Positions 1 through 13,391 are shown, counted from the first letter of the stretch. The stretch: DNA of 64,000 nt from Eledone cirrhosa (GCA_964016885.1 OZ024741.1:309132001-309196000); one strand, 5' to 3'. The notes: generated by a model not told the origin, from the letters alone. Numbers and translations: made by a program.

Positions 1-136
1 GTCAAATAGGTAGGTAGATAGGTAGACCGACAAATAAATAAATAAATAAATAAATTGGGAAGTAGGTAGGCACGTATATACATGGACAAACAAATAGGTA
101 GACAAGCAGACAGATAAATAGCTAGCAAAATAGCCA

Positions 137-139
137 GAC

Positions 140-212
<73 letters not shown>
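137..212. repeat. (GATA)n microsatellite
   Basis: Perfect tetranucleotide run with degenerate GATA/GACA flanks. Confidence 0.95.
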
Positions 213-213
<1 letters not shown>

Positions 214-650
214 ATGTATTAATTGTCCGAAGATAGATACCTAGGTAGATAGCTAACGTTAACTGTTGCATGTCAAGTTAATATCTTGTCAACAATATAT
301 GATAGAGATAGGTAGGATGGAAGATTTTAATATGCCAGTCCCCTGTCTAATTTAGCACAACGTAGTTGACACTTGACCTTGTGGCTTCTTATATATATAT
401 ATATATATCATATATATAATGGTTTATATATATATATATATATATATATAAACCATTAAGTAATAAGTGCGTCAAAATATGTTGACAATTCGGTGGACAT
501 AGAATTTGTGTGAACGGATGCACCACGTCTGCCTACATGTCTATGTGGATATATGTGTACTTGTATATATGTATATATGTTTGCATATACACATATCTAT
601 GCACACACATACACACACATATACACACATATACACATAAATATATGTGT

Positions 651-692
<42 letters not shown>

Positions 693-907
693 GTATATGT
701 ATGTCTGTGTTGTGTACTATTAATTATAAACTGCATCACAATATTATGAAGAGAAAATCATAAATGATGATGTTGATGATGATGATACATCTGTTGGCAA
801 ATATAAAGGCTGTGGCAAGGAATGCGATGATAGTTGTGGCGTTCATGCTGCTCGCATGTTGGTTATGAACCGTGTTTGCGTGCGTGTGGGTTCATAGAAA
901 CGTGTGT

Positions 908-1065
908 AATAATTGTTTCTACTTTGGGCACAAGGCCAGCAATTACCCAGTGCATTACTGGTACTTTATTTTATCGACCACGTAAGGATGATAGGCAAAG
1001 TTGACCTCGACGGGATTTGAACTCAGAATGGCAAGGGCCGTAACTATATGCGTCAAAGCATGGCG
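908..1065 (-). mobile_element. tRNA-derived SINE, family 1 copy
   Basis: Reverse complement of the 10564-10750 element (B-box GAGTTCAAATCCC, core CTTTGCCTWTCATCCTTACG..GGTCGATAAAATAAAGTACCAGT, 3' GCTGGCCTTGTGCC..AAGTAGAAACAATT). Confidence 0.85.
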
Positions 1066-1083
1066 TTTGACCCTCTGTGTGTA

Positions 1084-1300
1084 ATAATGATTTATACTAT
1101 AGGCACAAGGCCAGCAATTTTAGAGGCGGGGAAAAATTGATAAAATAGATTCAGTTTGTTACTGGTGCTTTATTTTATCGACCCCGTGAGGATGAAAGGC
1201 AAACAAACCTCGGCGGCATTTGAACTCAGAACGTAAAGGGCCATAACTCAATGCCTCTAAGCATAATGTCCGACGATCCACCGATTCTGCCAATCCACCG
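1084..1300 (-). mobile_element. tRNA-derived SINE, family 1 near-full copy
   Basis: Minus strand begins GGTGGATTGGCAGAATCGG (A-box-like, as at 10565), followed by the B-box and the same core domain. Confidence 0.85.
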
Positions 1301-1664
1301 TTCTAGTAACGTGAGTGATAATAAGGAAAAAATACTGTAAAGTAGATGCATAAATACTTGTTTGTTAGGGTGTTAGTATATGTATGGATGTATGTATGTT
1401 ATGTATGTATGTATGTATGTATGTATGTATGTATGTATGTATGTATGTATGTATGTTATGGTGCTACTGGTAACATGTATCCCAGTACAACCTGTCTCAT
1501 GGTCGGGACGTTGGCGACTAAACTGGCAACCCCACCAAGGTTTCTTGGTGAGGAGGGTGACTTTGGACATCCCGCAGGACTAAAAACAAAACCTGTCAAA
1601 GGGCAAAGGAGCTCTTAAGAGTCAATGGCCATCCAAAATCACCGGGAGAGATGACCCCTTAGCC

Positions 1665-2030
1665 TTTGTCAAGGCAGAATTCTAGGAGAAGGAAAACTCT
1701 GATATAACACCTGCAACCCTGATGGTATCCAATGATGTTGACTTGTTCTTCTTTTTGGTAAATATCATCTTGGTTAAGAGAGTGGGACTGGCTTTGTGCA
1801 GTGCCTTTGCTCACTATAAAAGCTTCACGGCACAGGCATTGCTTTATATCTGGAGATCTCTCTGCACTTGTCCTCACATGGTAACATGGGCCCAGCACTA
1901 TGTGTCAATAATTGTCACAAGTGTAGTGTCTGTACCAGAGTTTCAAGTCGCTGGCTGGACTAAAAAGTCACACTCGTTCAGCGCATCGGTAGGGTTTCTC
2001 CTACATTGATATAAAGTAGTGGCCGTACTC
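1665..2030 (-). pseudogene. Decayed GIY-YIG endonuclease C-terminal fragment, probably from a Penelope-like element
   Basis: Minus-strand frames give YINVGET..R / LNEC (cf. YIGET..R..RLxEH) and KQCLCREAFIV...SLNQDD (cf. RxxxEAxxI...LNRDxG). Frameshifted; recognised from motifs only. Confidence 0.45.
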
Positions 2031-2051
2031 GAAAACGAGTTGGCAGCCACC

Positions 2052-2495
2052 ATGTATGTATGTATGTATGTATGTATGTATGTATGTATGTATGTATGTA
2101 TGTATGTATGTATGCATGTATGTATGCATGCATGTATGTATGTATGTATGCATGTATGTATGTATGTATGTATGTATGTATGTATGCATGTATGTATGTA
2201 TGTATGCATGCATGTATGTATGCATGCATGTATGTATGTATGCAAGTATGTATGTATGCATGTATGTATGTATGTATGCATGTATGTATGTATGTATGTA
2301 TGTATGTATGTATGTATGCATGCATGTATGTATGCATATATGTATGTATGCATGTATGCATGTATGTATGTATGTATGTATGCATGTATGTATGCATGTA
2401 TGTATGTATGCATGTATGCATGTATGTATGTATGCATGTATGCATGTATGTATGTATGTATGTATGCATGTATGTATGCATGTATGTATGTATGC

Positions 2496-2528
<33 letters not shown>

Positions 2529-2600
2529 TGCATGTATGTATGTATGTATGCATGCATGTATGCTTGCATGTATGCTTGTATGTATGTATGTTTGTATGTG
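2052..2600. repeat. (TATG)n/(CATG) compound microsatellite
   Basis: About 550 bp of TATG units with CATG variants; produces the spurious MYVC/HTYI ORFs. Confidence 0.95.
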
Positions 2601-2644
2601 GGTAGGTATAGTCATCCAGTTGTCCGAACAACATAATAACCTGT

Positions 2645-2876
2645 TTGTAAAATTAACGTGCAAGTAGTGGCTGATGTTTGCACATGAAATGTTACCCCTG
2701 ATACAGTTCTCAGGGAGATTCATCAAGACCAAATGTGCGATCTTTAATTCAAAAGGCTAGCCTTTTTAATTAACAGGTCAACTCAGTTTTGCCAGTTATG
2801 GGGAGTGGAGCAGCATGAAATAATGTGCCCTCCTCAAAAGTACAACATGCTGCTGGGAAACGAACTCAAAACCTTA
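2645..2876 (-). mobile_element. tRNA-derived SINE, family 2, diverged copy
   Basis: Minus strand reads GAGTTCGTTTCCC..TTGTACTTTTGAGGAGGGCACATTATTTCATGCTGCTCCA and ends in a body similar to 7255-7365 and 12490-12570. Confidence 0.6.
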
Positions 2877-3128
2877 TCCATATATATATGTACATTATAT
2901 CTAGGAAGAAAGGAAACAAAAATATGTACATAAACACACACACATATATATATGTATTATATATATAGAGAGAGATCTGTGTGTATGTATATACATACAT
3001 AATCCCTGAAACATATACACATGCATGCAACCCCACACACATATATGTATATATATATGTATATATGTATATATATATATATATACATATATGTATATAT
3101 ATATATATGTATAAGTGTATATATATAA

Positions 3129-3185
<57 letters not shown>

Positions 3186-3272
3186 TGTATCTATATATAA
3201 GTGTATATATGTATATATATATATTTATATATATATATATATATACATACATACACACACATATACACACAT

Positions 3273-3320
<48 letters not shown>

Positions 3321-3425
3321 ACTGAAAAACCTACTATTGCGCACACATACACACTTGGGACTTCCAGCCTCTTAGCATTGTTGCTAGGGAGACCATTGGC
3401 AAAGGGATCCTGAAAAGTAGTAGTT

Positions 3426-3477
<52 letters not shown>

Positions 3478-3640
3478 AAGTAGTAGAAGTAGTAGTTATG
3501 CACTTCATATAAGCATAACAAAATATGTAAAATGTCAAAATCGGTCCACTTTAGTATGTTATCTACAATAAAAGTGCATGTATGTATGTATGTATGTATG
3601 TATGTATGTATGTATGTATGTATGTATGTATGTATGTATG

Positions 3641-3699
<59 letters not shown>

Positions 3700-3795
3700 A
3701 CATACATATATATATATACATACACACATATATATATATATATATATATACATACATACATATATATATATACATACATATATATATACATATAT

Positions 3796-3865
<70 letters not shown>

Positions 3866-3974
3866 ACACACAAGCATAGACAGAGAAAGGGAAATATAGG
3901 TGCATATACGTATATGCATACATCTGTTTATTCATTCATACATGCATACATACACACACATTAATAAATAAATA

Positions 3975-4044
<70 letters not shown>

Positions 4045-4174
4045 TATATGTGTGTGTGTGTATATACATATATATGTGTGTATATATATAGATATGTAGA
4101 TATATTCACACACGCAAAGCCATACATAGACTTTATACATCATAAAATTGATAGGAAGAGAAGGAACACCACAC

Positions 4175-4244
<70 letters not shown>

Positions 4245-4614
4245 ACACACATACACATACATACAAATATACATACATACATATATATACACACACACGC
4301 GCCATATATTGACATCATTGTTGCCGAGGCAGTATACAGCATATACAGAAGCAAGAGAGCGATAGTGAGGATAGTGAGGCAGAAAGAGAGGAGAGATTGA
4401 GAGAGCAAGAGAGCAAGAGAGCAAGAGAGCAGGCTATGTAAAAGAATGTTGCTAGTTGAATGAGACGACATCTTGGAAGAAGACGGAATCATGTGATGTT
4501 AAAAGAAGGTGTATCTTATAGCAAGACGCATCTCCATTCGGTGGAAATGTGTCTGCCTTCTCTCCTCCTACACTTATGAGAGGGACGGACGCCTTATTGA
4601 TTTCATGCTCGTAG

Positions 4615-6620
4615 ATGGTATTGGTGATAGTGGTGGTGGTGGTGGTTGTGGTGGTGATGGTGGTGATGGTGATGGTGTTGGTGGTTGAGGCTCTTATGGT
4701 GGTGGTGGTGGTGGTGGCAGCGGTGAGAGCGGTGAGAGCGGTGATGGTAGTTGTGTTGGTGGTGGTGGTGGTGATGATGGTGTTGCTGATAGTGGTGGTG
4801 GTGGTTGTGGTGGTGATGGTGGTGATGGTGATGGTGTTGGTGGTTGAGGCTCTTATGGTGGTGGTGGTGGTGGTGGCAGCGGTGAGAGCGGTGAGAGCGG
4901 TGATGGTAGTTGTGTTGGTGGTGGTGATGATGGTGTTGCTGATAGTGGTGGTGGTGGTTGTGGTGGTGATGGTGGTGATGGTGATGGTGTTGGTGGTTGA
5001 GGCTCTTATGGTGGTGGTGGTGGTGGTGGCAGCGGTGAGAGCGGTGAGAGCGGTGATGGTAGTTGTGTTGGTGGTGGTGGTGGTGATGATGGTGTTGCTG
5101 ATAGTGGTGGTGGTGGTTGTGGTGGTGATGGTGGTGATGGTGATGGTGTTGGTGGTTGAGGCTCTTATGGTGGTGGTGGTGGTGGTGGCAGCGGTGAGAG
5201 CGGTGAGAGCGGTGATGGTAGTTGTGTTGGTGGTGGTGGTGGTGATGATGGTGTTGGTGATAGTGGTGGTGGTGGTTGTGGTGGTGGTGATGTTGGTGAT
5301 GGTGTTGGTGATGGTGTTGGTGGTTGAGGTTCTAATGGTGGTGGTGGTTGTGGTGGTGGTGGTGATGGTGTTGGTGGTTGTGGTTGTAATGGTGGTGGTG
5401 GAGGTGATGATATTGGTGATAGTGGTGCTTGTGGTGGTGGTGATGGTTGTGGTGGTGGTGGTGGTGATGGTGGTTGTAATAGTGGTGGTAGTGGTAGTGG
5501 TTGCGGTTGTGATGCTGATAGTTCAGGTGATGGCGATGGTAATGATAATGGTGTTTGAGGTTGTGATGGTGTTGGTGGTGGTGGTGATGGCGGTGGTGGT
5601 TGTTGTGGTTGTGGTTGTGGTTGTGGTGGTAGTGATAGTGGTGGTTGTGGTGATGATGGTGGTGGTGGTGGTGGTGATGGTGTGGGTGTTGGTGGTTGAG
5701 GTTGTGATGGTGGTGGTGGTAGGGGTAGTGGTTGTGGTTGTGTTACTGATAGTTCAGGTGATGGCGGTGGTTGTGGTGAAAGCGGTTGTGGTAATTGTGG
5801 TGGTGGTGATGATGATAATAGTGGTGGTGGTGGTGGTGGTGATGATGATAGTGGTGGTGGTGGTGATGATGATAGTGGTGGTGGTGGTGGTGGTGATGAT
5901 GATAGTGGTGGTGGTGGTGGTGATGATGATAGTGGTGGTGGTGGTGGTAATGATGATAATAGTGGTGGGGCGGTGGTGGTGATGATGATAGTGGTGGTGG
6001 TGGTGGTGATGATAGTGCTGGTGGTGGTGGTAATGATGATAATAGTGGTGAGGGTGGTGGTGATGATGATAGTGGTGGTGGTAGTGGTGGTGGTGGCAGT
6101 AATGATGATAATAGTGGTGGTGGTGGTGGTGGTGGTGGTGGTGATGATGATAGTGGTGGTGGTAGTGGTGGTGGTGGCAGTAATGATGATAATAGTGGTG
6201 GTGGTGGTGGTGGTAGTGGTGGTGATGATGATAGTGGTGGTGGTGGTGGTGGTGGTGGTGGTAATGATGATAATAGTGGTGGTGGTGGTGGTGGTGGCTG
6301 AGGTGATGCTGATAGTTCAGGTGATGGCGATGATGATGATGTTGTTGTTGTAGGTGGTGGTGGTAGTGGTGTTGGTGGTGACGTTAGTGGTGTTAGTGGT
6401 GTTGTGGTGCGGCTGATGGTGATGATTAGGGTGGTGGTGGCGTTAGTTCAGGTGATATTGCTGCTGCCGTTGGTGATGTTGCTGGGGCTGCTGCCGATGT
6501 TGTTGATGCTGCTGTCGTTGTTGTTGTTGTTGCTGTCATTGTTGTTGTTATTATTGTTGACATTGCTGCCGTTGTTGTTGTTGTTGTTGCAGCTTTGTTT
6601 TATGTTTTAACCTTAATTTT
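4615..6620. repeat. (GGT/GAT)n-rich low-complexity tract containing a 4-copy, about 159-bp minisatellite (about 4615-5260)
   Basis: Marker GAGGCTCTTATGG at 4687, 4846, 4999 and 5158 (spacing 159/153/159). The poly-Val ORFs are artefacts. Confidence 0.9.
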
Positions 6621-6785
6621 ATTTCTCTTGCCGTTATCCTATTTGTTTTTGATATAGTTGTTGTTGTTGATGGCGTTGTTGTTGCTGTTGTTGTTATTGA
6701 TATTGTTCACAGTGTTATCGTTTCTGTTTAGCCCCAGATCAGCCCATACAGAGTAGATCTATGACCAACCCGTGTTTAGTGGGGT

Positions 6786-6990
6786 GAAGGCGCGTGGCCT
6801 AGTGGTAAGGGTGCTGGACTTACGATCACAATGTCATGAGTTCGATTTCTGGGCTGGGCTACGTGTTGTGTTCTTGAGCAAAGCACTTCATTTCACGTTG
6901 CTCCAGTATACTCAGCTTAAAATGAGTATTGGCAATAGCTGAGGATTTAACCTTGCGATGGTCTGGCGTCCTGTCCAGGGTGGGGAGTCT
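6786..6990 (+). mobile_element. tRNA-derived SINE, family 2 (CORE/V-type-like central domain)
   Basis: A-box TGGCCTAGTGG, B-box GAGTTCGATTT, then GTTGTGTTCTTGAGCAAAGCACTTCATTTCACGTTGCTCCAGT..ACTCAGCT; similar copy at 12363. Confidence 0.8.
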
Positions 6991-7964
6991 TATACATTCA
7001 GTCACTTCACGCCACAAAACTGGGACAAGCACCGGCTAAACAAACCTTCTGACTTGAGACAAACTTTAGATTTTAAATGTAAGACCACGTAAATACAGCA
7101 TGGCCGAAAAGTTAAAAAGTAGTTCGCCTGGCAATCGTTAGTTACTAGATTCGATCCTACTACGTGGCATCTTGGACATGTGTAATTTAGGTGATACATG
7201 AGTTACGAGTGAAACTGGATAAACGAAAACTATTTGAAAGCCCGTCTCATGGACTGTACTTGCAATTCAAACGTCCAACTTTGTCACACAGTCTGTTATG
7301 CTAAAATTCCCCATGAATTACGTTAAGAGTACACGTGTCAGTGGAACGGTCAGCCACTTTCATGTGTAAGGCCGTTCCGCTTATCTAACAACTGGAACGC
7401 TCATCGTAAAAAGCGTTGATAGTCCTTTCCATTTTATATAAGACTACAGTATCCAACGTAGGCTATTATATTTGTGGGAGATTTGGCTATTTTATCTTGC
7501 AGATCGAGACACTATGTAGAGGCTCTGTTGCTGCTGCTGCTACTGCTGCTGCACTTGTTGCTATTGCTTCTGCACTTGCTGTTGTCATTGCTTCACTTGT
7601 TGTTACTGTAAATGTTTCTTGTTTCGTCATTGATATATTTGTTGTTGTTGTTGTTGTTGTTGTTTCAGCTGCTGTTATTGTGGTTGTTACTGTTGTTGTC
7701 CATGTTGCTGCTGGTATTGTTGTTGTTGCTATTTCTGTAGTTCATTTGATGCAGCTGTTGTTACAATCTAGCTGTTACTGTGTGCCGTTTGTTTTGTGTC
7801 TGTAGTTAGTTTTTATTTATTGTTGTTGTTGCTGCTGTTGCTGTTTTTATTATGTGCAGTTGTTGTTGTTGTTGTGGATGTGCAGTTATTGTTGTTGTTG
7901 TAGTAGTGAAGCTATTGTTGACGTCATTACGCTGATGTGCTGTTGTTTCTGTTATCCATTTAAT

Positions 7965-8320
7965 AAGACATTCCAGCCATGACCATCGAGTCTTTGTAGG
8001 GTTATCAAAAACTACAGTGTCTAATGTGTTTCACATATTTTAAGACGGTTTTTGTTGTTGAGAGATTTGGCTGCTATTTTTAGCAACTCAAACGACCATG
8101 TGGCAGTTCCTTTGAACGATGTTATATTTATTGTTGTTTAGCCCCATATCAGTCCTGATCGAACACATTTATGAAAAAAGCATTCCAGTCGTGGCCACTC
8201 TGTCTTTTTCCCTTACGTAAACACAAAAAATCCATATTATACAACGTCATTTCTCTCTCTTGTGGAGTGATATAAGTAAGATTTGACTGCTATTTCTAGC
8301 TGATTCAAAGACAATCACAA
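7965..8320 (+). mobile_element. Two tandem fragments of a dispersed repeat (family 3, likely SINE/LINE 3' part)
   Basis: CATTCCAGCCRTGRCCA ... GAGATTTGRCTGCTATTTYTAGC recurs here twice, partially at 6722-6770 and 7420-7525, and in reverse at 10345-10505. Confidence 0.6.
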
Positions 8321-10563
8321 ACATGCTCACTGGATAACTATTGTTGCAGTTACTGCAGTACATGTGCAGTGGTGGTTGTAGTACTGCTATTTGAGCTAAT
8401 TCTATTGAACTGCAACGTATGTAGAGTGCAGTTTGTGTTATTCAGGTGCTGCTGAATACTTGCGATATATCTTGATACATTCGTTTATGCAGCTGGTTGC
8501 ACTCGGTGCTATTATAGTGCACATGTAATTATTTGTCATGCAATTAATGTTGGGCAGTTGTTGTGTGTATTAGAATTTCTATACTGCATCTGCTACAGTT
8601 ATTGTAGTGTAAATTATAAAGTGTTGAAATCATAGTACAGATTATATAGTGCAATTACTATTGTGCAGCTTTTTATATTGGATCTCCTGTAGTGCACATA
8701 TTGTAGTGCAACTTGTTGATGTAGTAAAGTTATTGTTGTGTAGACTATGATGTGCTACGGTTTTAGTATAGATTTTTAAAGCAGTTACTGTTGTGCAGTT
8801 TGTATAGTGCATGTGATATCGTGCAGCTGTAATACAGGTAAATGTATTCTCATTGTCTTTTCATTTGCTGTTCTTGATTTATTACTCTAATGCTACTATT
8901 GTCATGCAATTGGTCAAATGCTGCTTGTGTCATGTCATTATTGAGATGCAGTTATTGATGCAGCTATTGTCAAGCTGCTAATGTCATGCAATTGTTGTCA
9001 TGCAGCTATTGACATGGAGTTGGTATTATGCAGTTATTGCCCTGCAGTTGGTGCTATGCAGTTATAGTCATGCACTTGATGTCATGCAGTTATGGCAGAA
9101 GAACTATTGCTGCAATAACAGTGTAGCGTTCGTTGTTTAAATGTCTTAGTACAATTGATGCAGTCACGTTGTTGTCAACCTGTTGTTGGTGTAAAAATGT
9201 AATTGTTGTGCACTGCTTGGTGTAACGGTATTTCGGTATTGCAGTCGCTGCTGTGTATTTGACATTAAGTTTAACTGTTATACAGCAGCTTCTGAAGTGC
9301 AATTGTAAACATTCTGGTACTAAAATGCAGATACTGCCTTTCAGTTTATATACTCTATTTGATGTAATGCAGTTAATGTAGTACAGCTTATAAAGTACTG
9401 ATACATATTTTATAGTGCACATGTTATCGCGCAATTTATATAGTGTTGTAGTGTACATCTTTCAATGCAGCTTGTGCAGTGTTGCCATAATGCAATATTT
9501 GTATAGTGCATCTATCCATTGCTTATAATGACTGATTTTTTAAAGAAATATTCATAGTTATTTGCGATGCAATGTTTGACATTAAAAATGTTGAGAGTTA
9601 AAAGTATTATCATTTTACATCTATTTGTTCATATTAGTCGAAACCCGGAGTTTATCCCAGTTTAACGGACATTAAATGCCTGAGACTACAAGACTCTCAT
9701 CTAGACGGGAGAAAATCCAATCCAACGCAGAGAAAACCCCTAGGTGCTGCACGTACTCATTTATTCCAGCTGAGTGATACATCGCATTACTCGGTCTGGG
9801 AATCGAACACATGACCTTGTGACCGTGAGCCCAACTCCATAAATTCGAAGCTGTGTACTTTCACTACAAATTGTTATAATCAACAAAGGAAGGTAGTGGG
9901 GTGGCACATACAGTAGAGTGCCAAATTTCATACTCTGAGTTCAAATTTAGCCGAAGTCAACATCGTGTTTTAGTCACACAAGATCTATCGATACTTACAC
10001 ATCCAAGGATACAAAACATTGGACACATCACCAGTTATGTATCCCGGAATCACTTGGTGGTTCAAGATTTATAACATAAGCCCTCATCCAGAGCCAAATT
10101 TATTCAAAGCCAGCTTCGTGTTTCAAAGATGCAAGATCCATAAACAAAAAATACCATCGAATGCATCTCATTTCCTATCCGGTTCAACAACATTGTAAGG
10201 TTCTGAGTTCAAATCGTACCGAAGGGTCGATGAAAAATAAAATAAAATACTAGTCAGTCACAAGGTCGATCTCAATTGACTCCACCTACTCCCCAAATTT
10301 ATGGGTTTGTCACCATATACGAAATAATACTAATTATATTGTTACTCAAACTGCTAGAAATAGCAGCCAAAGCTTTCTCAAATCACACACATACACGTAA
10401 CCGTCATGAAATAAGGAGCAAAATCATTAGATTATGACGGAATGGTCATGCGTGAAATACATAATCAGCTCAATCAGGGCTGATCTAGGCTTAGGGTTAA
10501 ACAATGACAACTACGACAACTACCGCCATTACTATATATTATATTATATTATACTAGCAGAAT

Positions 10564-10750
10564 TGGTGGATTGGCAGAATCGGTAGAGGGTCGGAAGCCA
10601 TGCTCTGAAGCATAGAGTTACGTCCCTTGTCATTCTGAGTTCAAATCCCGCCGAGGTTAACTTTGCCTCTCATCCTTACGGGGGTCGATAAAATAAAGTA
10701 CCAGTAATACACTGGGATAATTGCTGGCCTTGTGCCAAAAAGTAGAAACA
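10564..10750 (+). mobile_element. Full-length family 1 SINE with target-site duplication
   Basis: A-box-like TGGCAGAATCGG and B-box GAGTTCAAATCCC; flanked by the direct repeat ATTATATTATACTAGCAGAAT at 10543-10563 and 10751-10771. Confidence 0.9.
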
Positions 10751-10761
10751 ATTATATTATA

Positions 10762-11404
10762 CTAGCAGAATGGCCCGGCGTTGCTCGGGATTTGCTCTAG
10801 GGTTCTTATATATTTGATATATATTTATCCTTATCGAGCCTCGTGAAATAAATACGTTTGTTTATATTTTGTTATTGTGTATGCAAAAATATCTGTACAC
10901 GAATATATAATTATATATATATATATATATATATATAATTATATATATATATATTAAAATAACAGATTAAAGTTTAAGCAAATAATCGCTGCTTTCACCC
11001 TTAACCGGATCTTCTGAAACTAAAAAAATCAATCTGTGAACGGAGAAGTAAATAATTCGAAAAACGTTACACACTATATATATATACACACACTATATAT
11101 ACATATACACACACACATACAGACAGTCTCATAATGTCGTAATGCAGACAGCCAGACATACAGACAGATATTATAAGGGCGCAACGTTATATCTATGTAT
11201 CTATCTAAAAAGAAAGACTAAGAATTATAGAGAGAGATCGCTAAATCGCCTAATGCGGCCATTGAAAATTTGAAATTTTTTTTTGCTCAAAGCATTCACA
11301 TGACCATAAGTATTACATGTGTAATGTTTGAAAACAATCAGTTGGGTGGTTCTCGAGTTTTACGGAGACAGACAGACAGACATTCTCTGTTTTAGATATA
11401 TGGA
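10762..11404 (-). mobile_element. Non-autonomous Helitron
   Basis: Minus strand: A|TC 5' end (11404) followed by a (GTCT)n tract; 3' subterminal hairpin CCCGAGCAACGCCGGG (10774-10789); CTAG|T 3' end (10762-10765); inserted between A and T. Confidence 0.75.
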
Positions 11405-11407
11405 TAA

Positions 11408-11565
11408 TTTACGTTCTGAGTTCAAATCCCGCCTAGGTTAGTTTTACCTTTCATCCTTACGGGGTCGATAAAATATAGTACCAGTAATGCACTGTGGTTG
11501 GTTTAATCGACTGCCCCCCCCCCTTCAAGTTGCTGGCCTTATGCCTAAAGTAGAAACAATTATAT
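11408..11565 (+). mobile_element. Family 1 SINE, 5'-truncated
   Basis: TTCTGAGTTCAAATCCCGCC..CTTTCATCCTTACGGGGTCGATAAAATATAGTACCAGT..GCTGGCCTTATGCCTAAAGTAGAAACAATT. Confidence 0.85.
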
Positions 11566-11785
11566 TATTGAGGTACAAACACGGAACAAAAGCGCTACCT
11601 AAGGTTTCAAGGCCCAATATTGACCATATATACAGAATGTAAGAAGGATCAAAATTGTGACCTAATCCATTTTCCCACCTACGGATATTACTACACACAC
11701 ACACACATATATATGTATGGTTCTTTTCAGATAGAGATCGCTGGAGAGAGCTCGTCCATGGATCTCGGGAATTTTACCCGCCCTA

Positions 11786-11842
<57 letters not shown>

Positions 11843-11854
11843 AATATACGTATG

Positions 11855-11903
<49 letters not shown>

Positions 11904-11944
11904 AAATAAATAAGTCAAATATTTAAACTTTGGCCTCATTTATT

Positions 11945-11999
11945 ACTGCTATATATATTTCGGTGACAGCCATCTGTGGCTGTGACGTCTTCAGGCAGT
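11945..11999 (-). ncRNA. Minimal type-I hammerhead ribozyme (family H)
   Basis: Minus strand: ACUGC-CUGAAGA-cGUcACAGCCA(CAGA)UGGCUGUcACc-GAAA-U(AUAU)A-UA^GCAGU. Stem I is 5 bp; stem II is 9 bp with two C-C mismatches, one at the closing pair; loop III is palindromic. Confidence 0.7.
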
Positions 12000-12135
12000 C
12001 CGAATTGGTGTGGTAGAGACGGGTACACATGTTGTTGGGGTGTCTAACTCTATCAATACTCCGATATGCCCAGTTCCTGGTTGGGGTGTTATTTCTCTGA
12101 GGAACTGGAATCATATATATATATATATATATATA

Positions 12136-12291
12136 TGAATGAGATGATTAAGCTAGATCTAGCTGTTGAAACGGCCCGGAGGTCAGCCGTCGAGATCCTG
12201 AATTTTTTTCATATTACCCACTTTACTAACCCAAGTATCGAGTACTCTGGTGGGTTATGCATGGTCAACCTGGTATCTTACAACACCCTTG

Positions 12292-12293
<2 letters not shown>
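12136..12293 (+). mobile_element. Diverged family A element (tail conserved) in (TA)n
   Basis: Shares the tail TATTACCCACT..ACT..CC.AAGTATCGAGTACTCTGGTG.GTTAT..GGTC.ACCTGGT with the 13197, 21307 and 26267 copies. Confidence 0.7.
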
Positions 12294-12352
<59 letters not shown>

Positions 12353-12361
12353 CGTGTGTGT

Positions 12362-12575
12362 GAAGGAGTGTGGTTTACTGGTTAGGGAGTTCGATTCTCG
12401 GCGATACGTTGGCTCCTTGAGCAAGTTACTTTAGTTCACGTTGCTCCAGTCAACTCAGCTAGCTAACATAAACTGTTCCTGTAATTCATAGGGCCAGCAT
12501 TGTCCTTACTGTTTCACGCTGAATCTCACTGAAAATTGCGTAAAGGTTACATGTCTTTGGAATGCTGGGACACCT
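12362..12575 (+). mobile_element. Family 2 SINE copy
   Basis: TGGTTTACTGG / GAGTTCGATTCTC boxes, then CCTTGAGCAAGTTACTTTAGTTCACGTTGCTCCAGTCAACTCAGCT. Confidence 0.7.
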
Positions 12576-12611
12576 AAATACCACCAACAACATATTTATG
12601 TGTGTGCATGA

Positions 12612-12670
12612 TATGTATATATACATATATATATATACATACATATATATATATACATATATATATATAC

Positions 12671-12717
<47 letters not shown>

Positions 12718-12748
12718 CATATATACATATATATATATACATATATAC

Positions 12749-12821
<73 letters not shown>

Positions 12822-12836
12822 CATATATATATATAC

Positions 12837-12881
<45 letters not shown>

Positions 12882-13017
12882 CATATATACATATATATAT
12901 ATACATATATATATACATATATATATATACATATATATATATACATATATATATATACATATATATATATACATATATATATATACATATATATATATAC
13001 ATATATATATATACATA

Positions 13018-13086
<69 letters not shown>

Positions 13087-13102
13087 ACATATATATATAT
13101 AC

Positions 13103-13194
<92 letters not shown>

Positions 13195-13198
13195 ATAT
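12612..13198. repeat. (TA)n/(CATATATATATA)n microsatellite
   Basis: About 590 bp of interrupted TA dinucleotide. Confidence 0.95.
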
Positions 13199-13391
13199 AG
13201 GAAAATGTTTAACACCGACGGCAGTGTTCAAGCCGTTTCGACGGCTATTTCTGGACCCAGAAATAGCCGTCGAAATGGCTTGAGCTCTGGCTTCGGGGCT
13301 AAACATTTTCCTATTACCCACTGTACTACCCTAAGTATTGAGTACTCTGGTGCGTTATGGTCTATCTGGTTCCTTACCTCACTTCGTTCAT
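13197..13391 (+). mobile_element. Family A fold-back element (118-bp palindrome plus about 77-bp tail) in (TA)n; putative PLE-derived end
   Basis: Arms 13197-13254 and 13257-13314; the tail is shared with three other copies; flanked by TA repeats. Confidence 0.8.

Noticed and set aside
1458-1660. Possible RTE 5' UTR with an HDV-like ribozyme
   Set aside because: It looks like a retroelement end, but the P1/P2/P3 nested pseudoknot could not be assembled by eye.
6786-6860. tRNA gene
   Set aside because: A and B boxes are present but there is no cloverleaf, and the sequence continues into a SINE body.
9993-10195. Possible minus-strand exon ending in GTAAGT, or adenain-like protease remnant (YVINLEPPSDSGIH.W)
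   Set aside because: All frames contain stops, no clear acceptor, and the motif similarity is too short.
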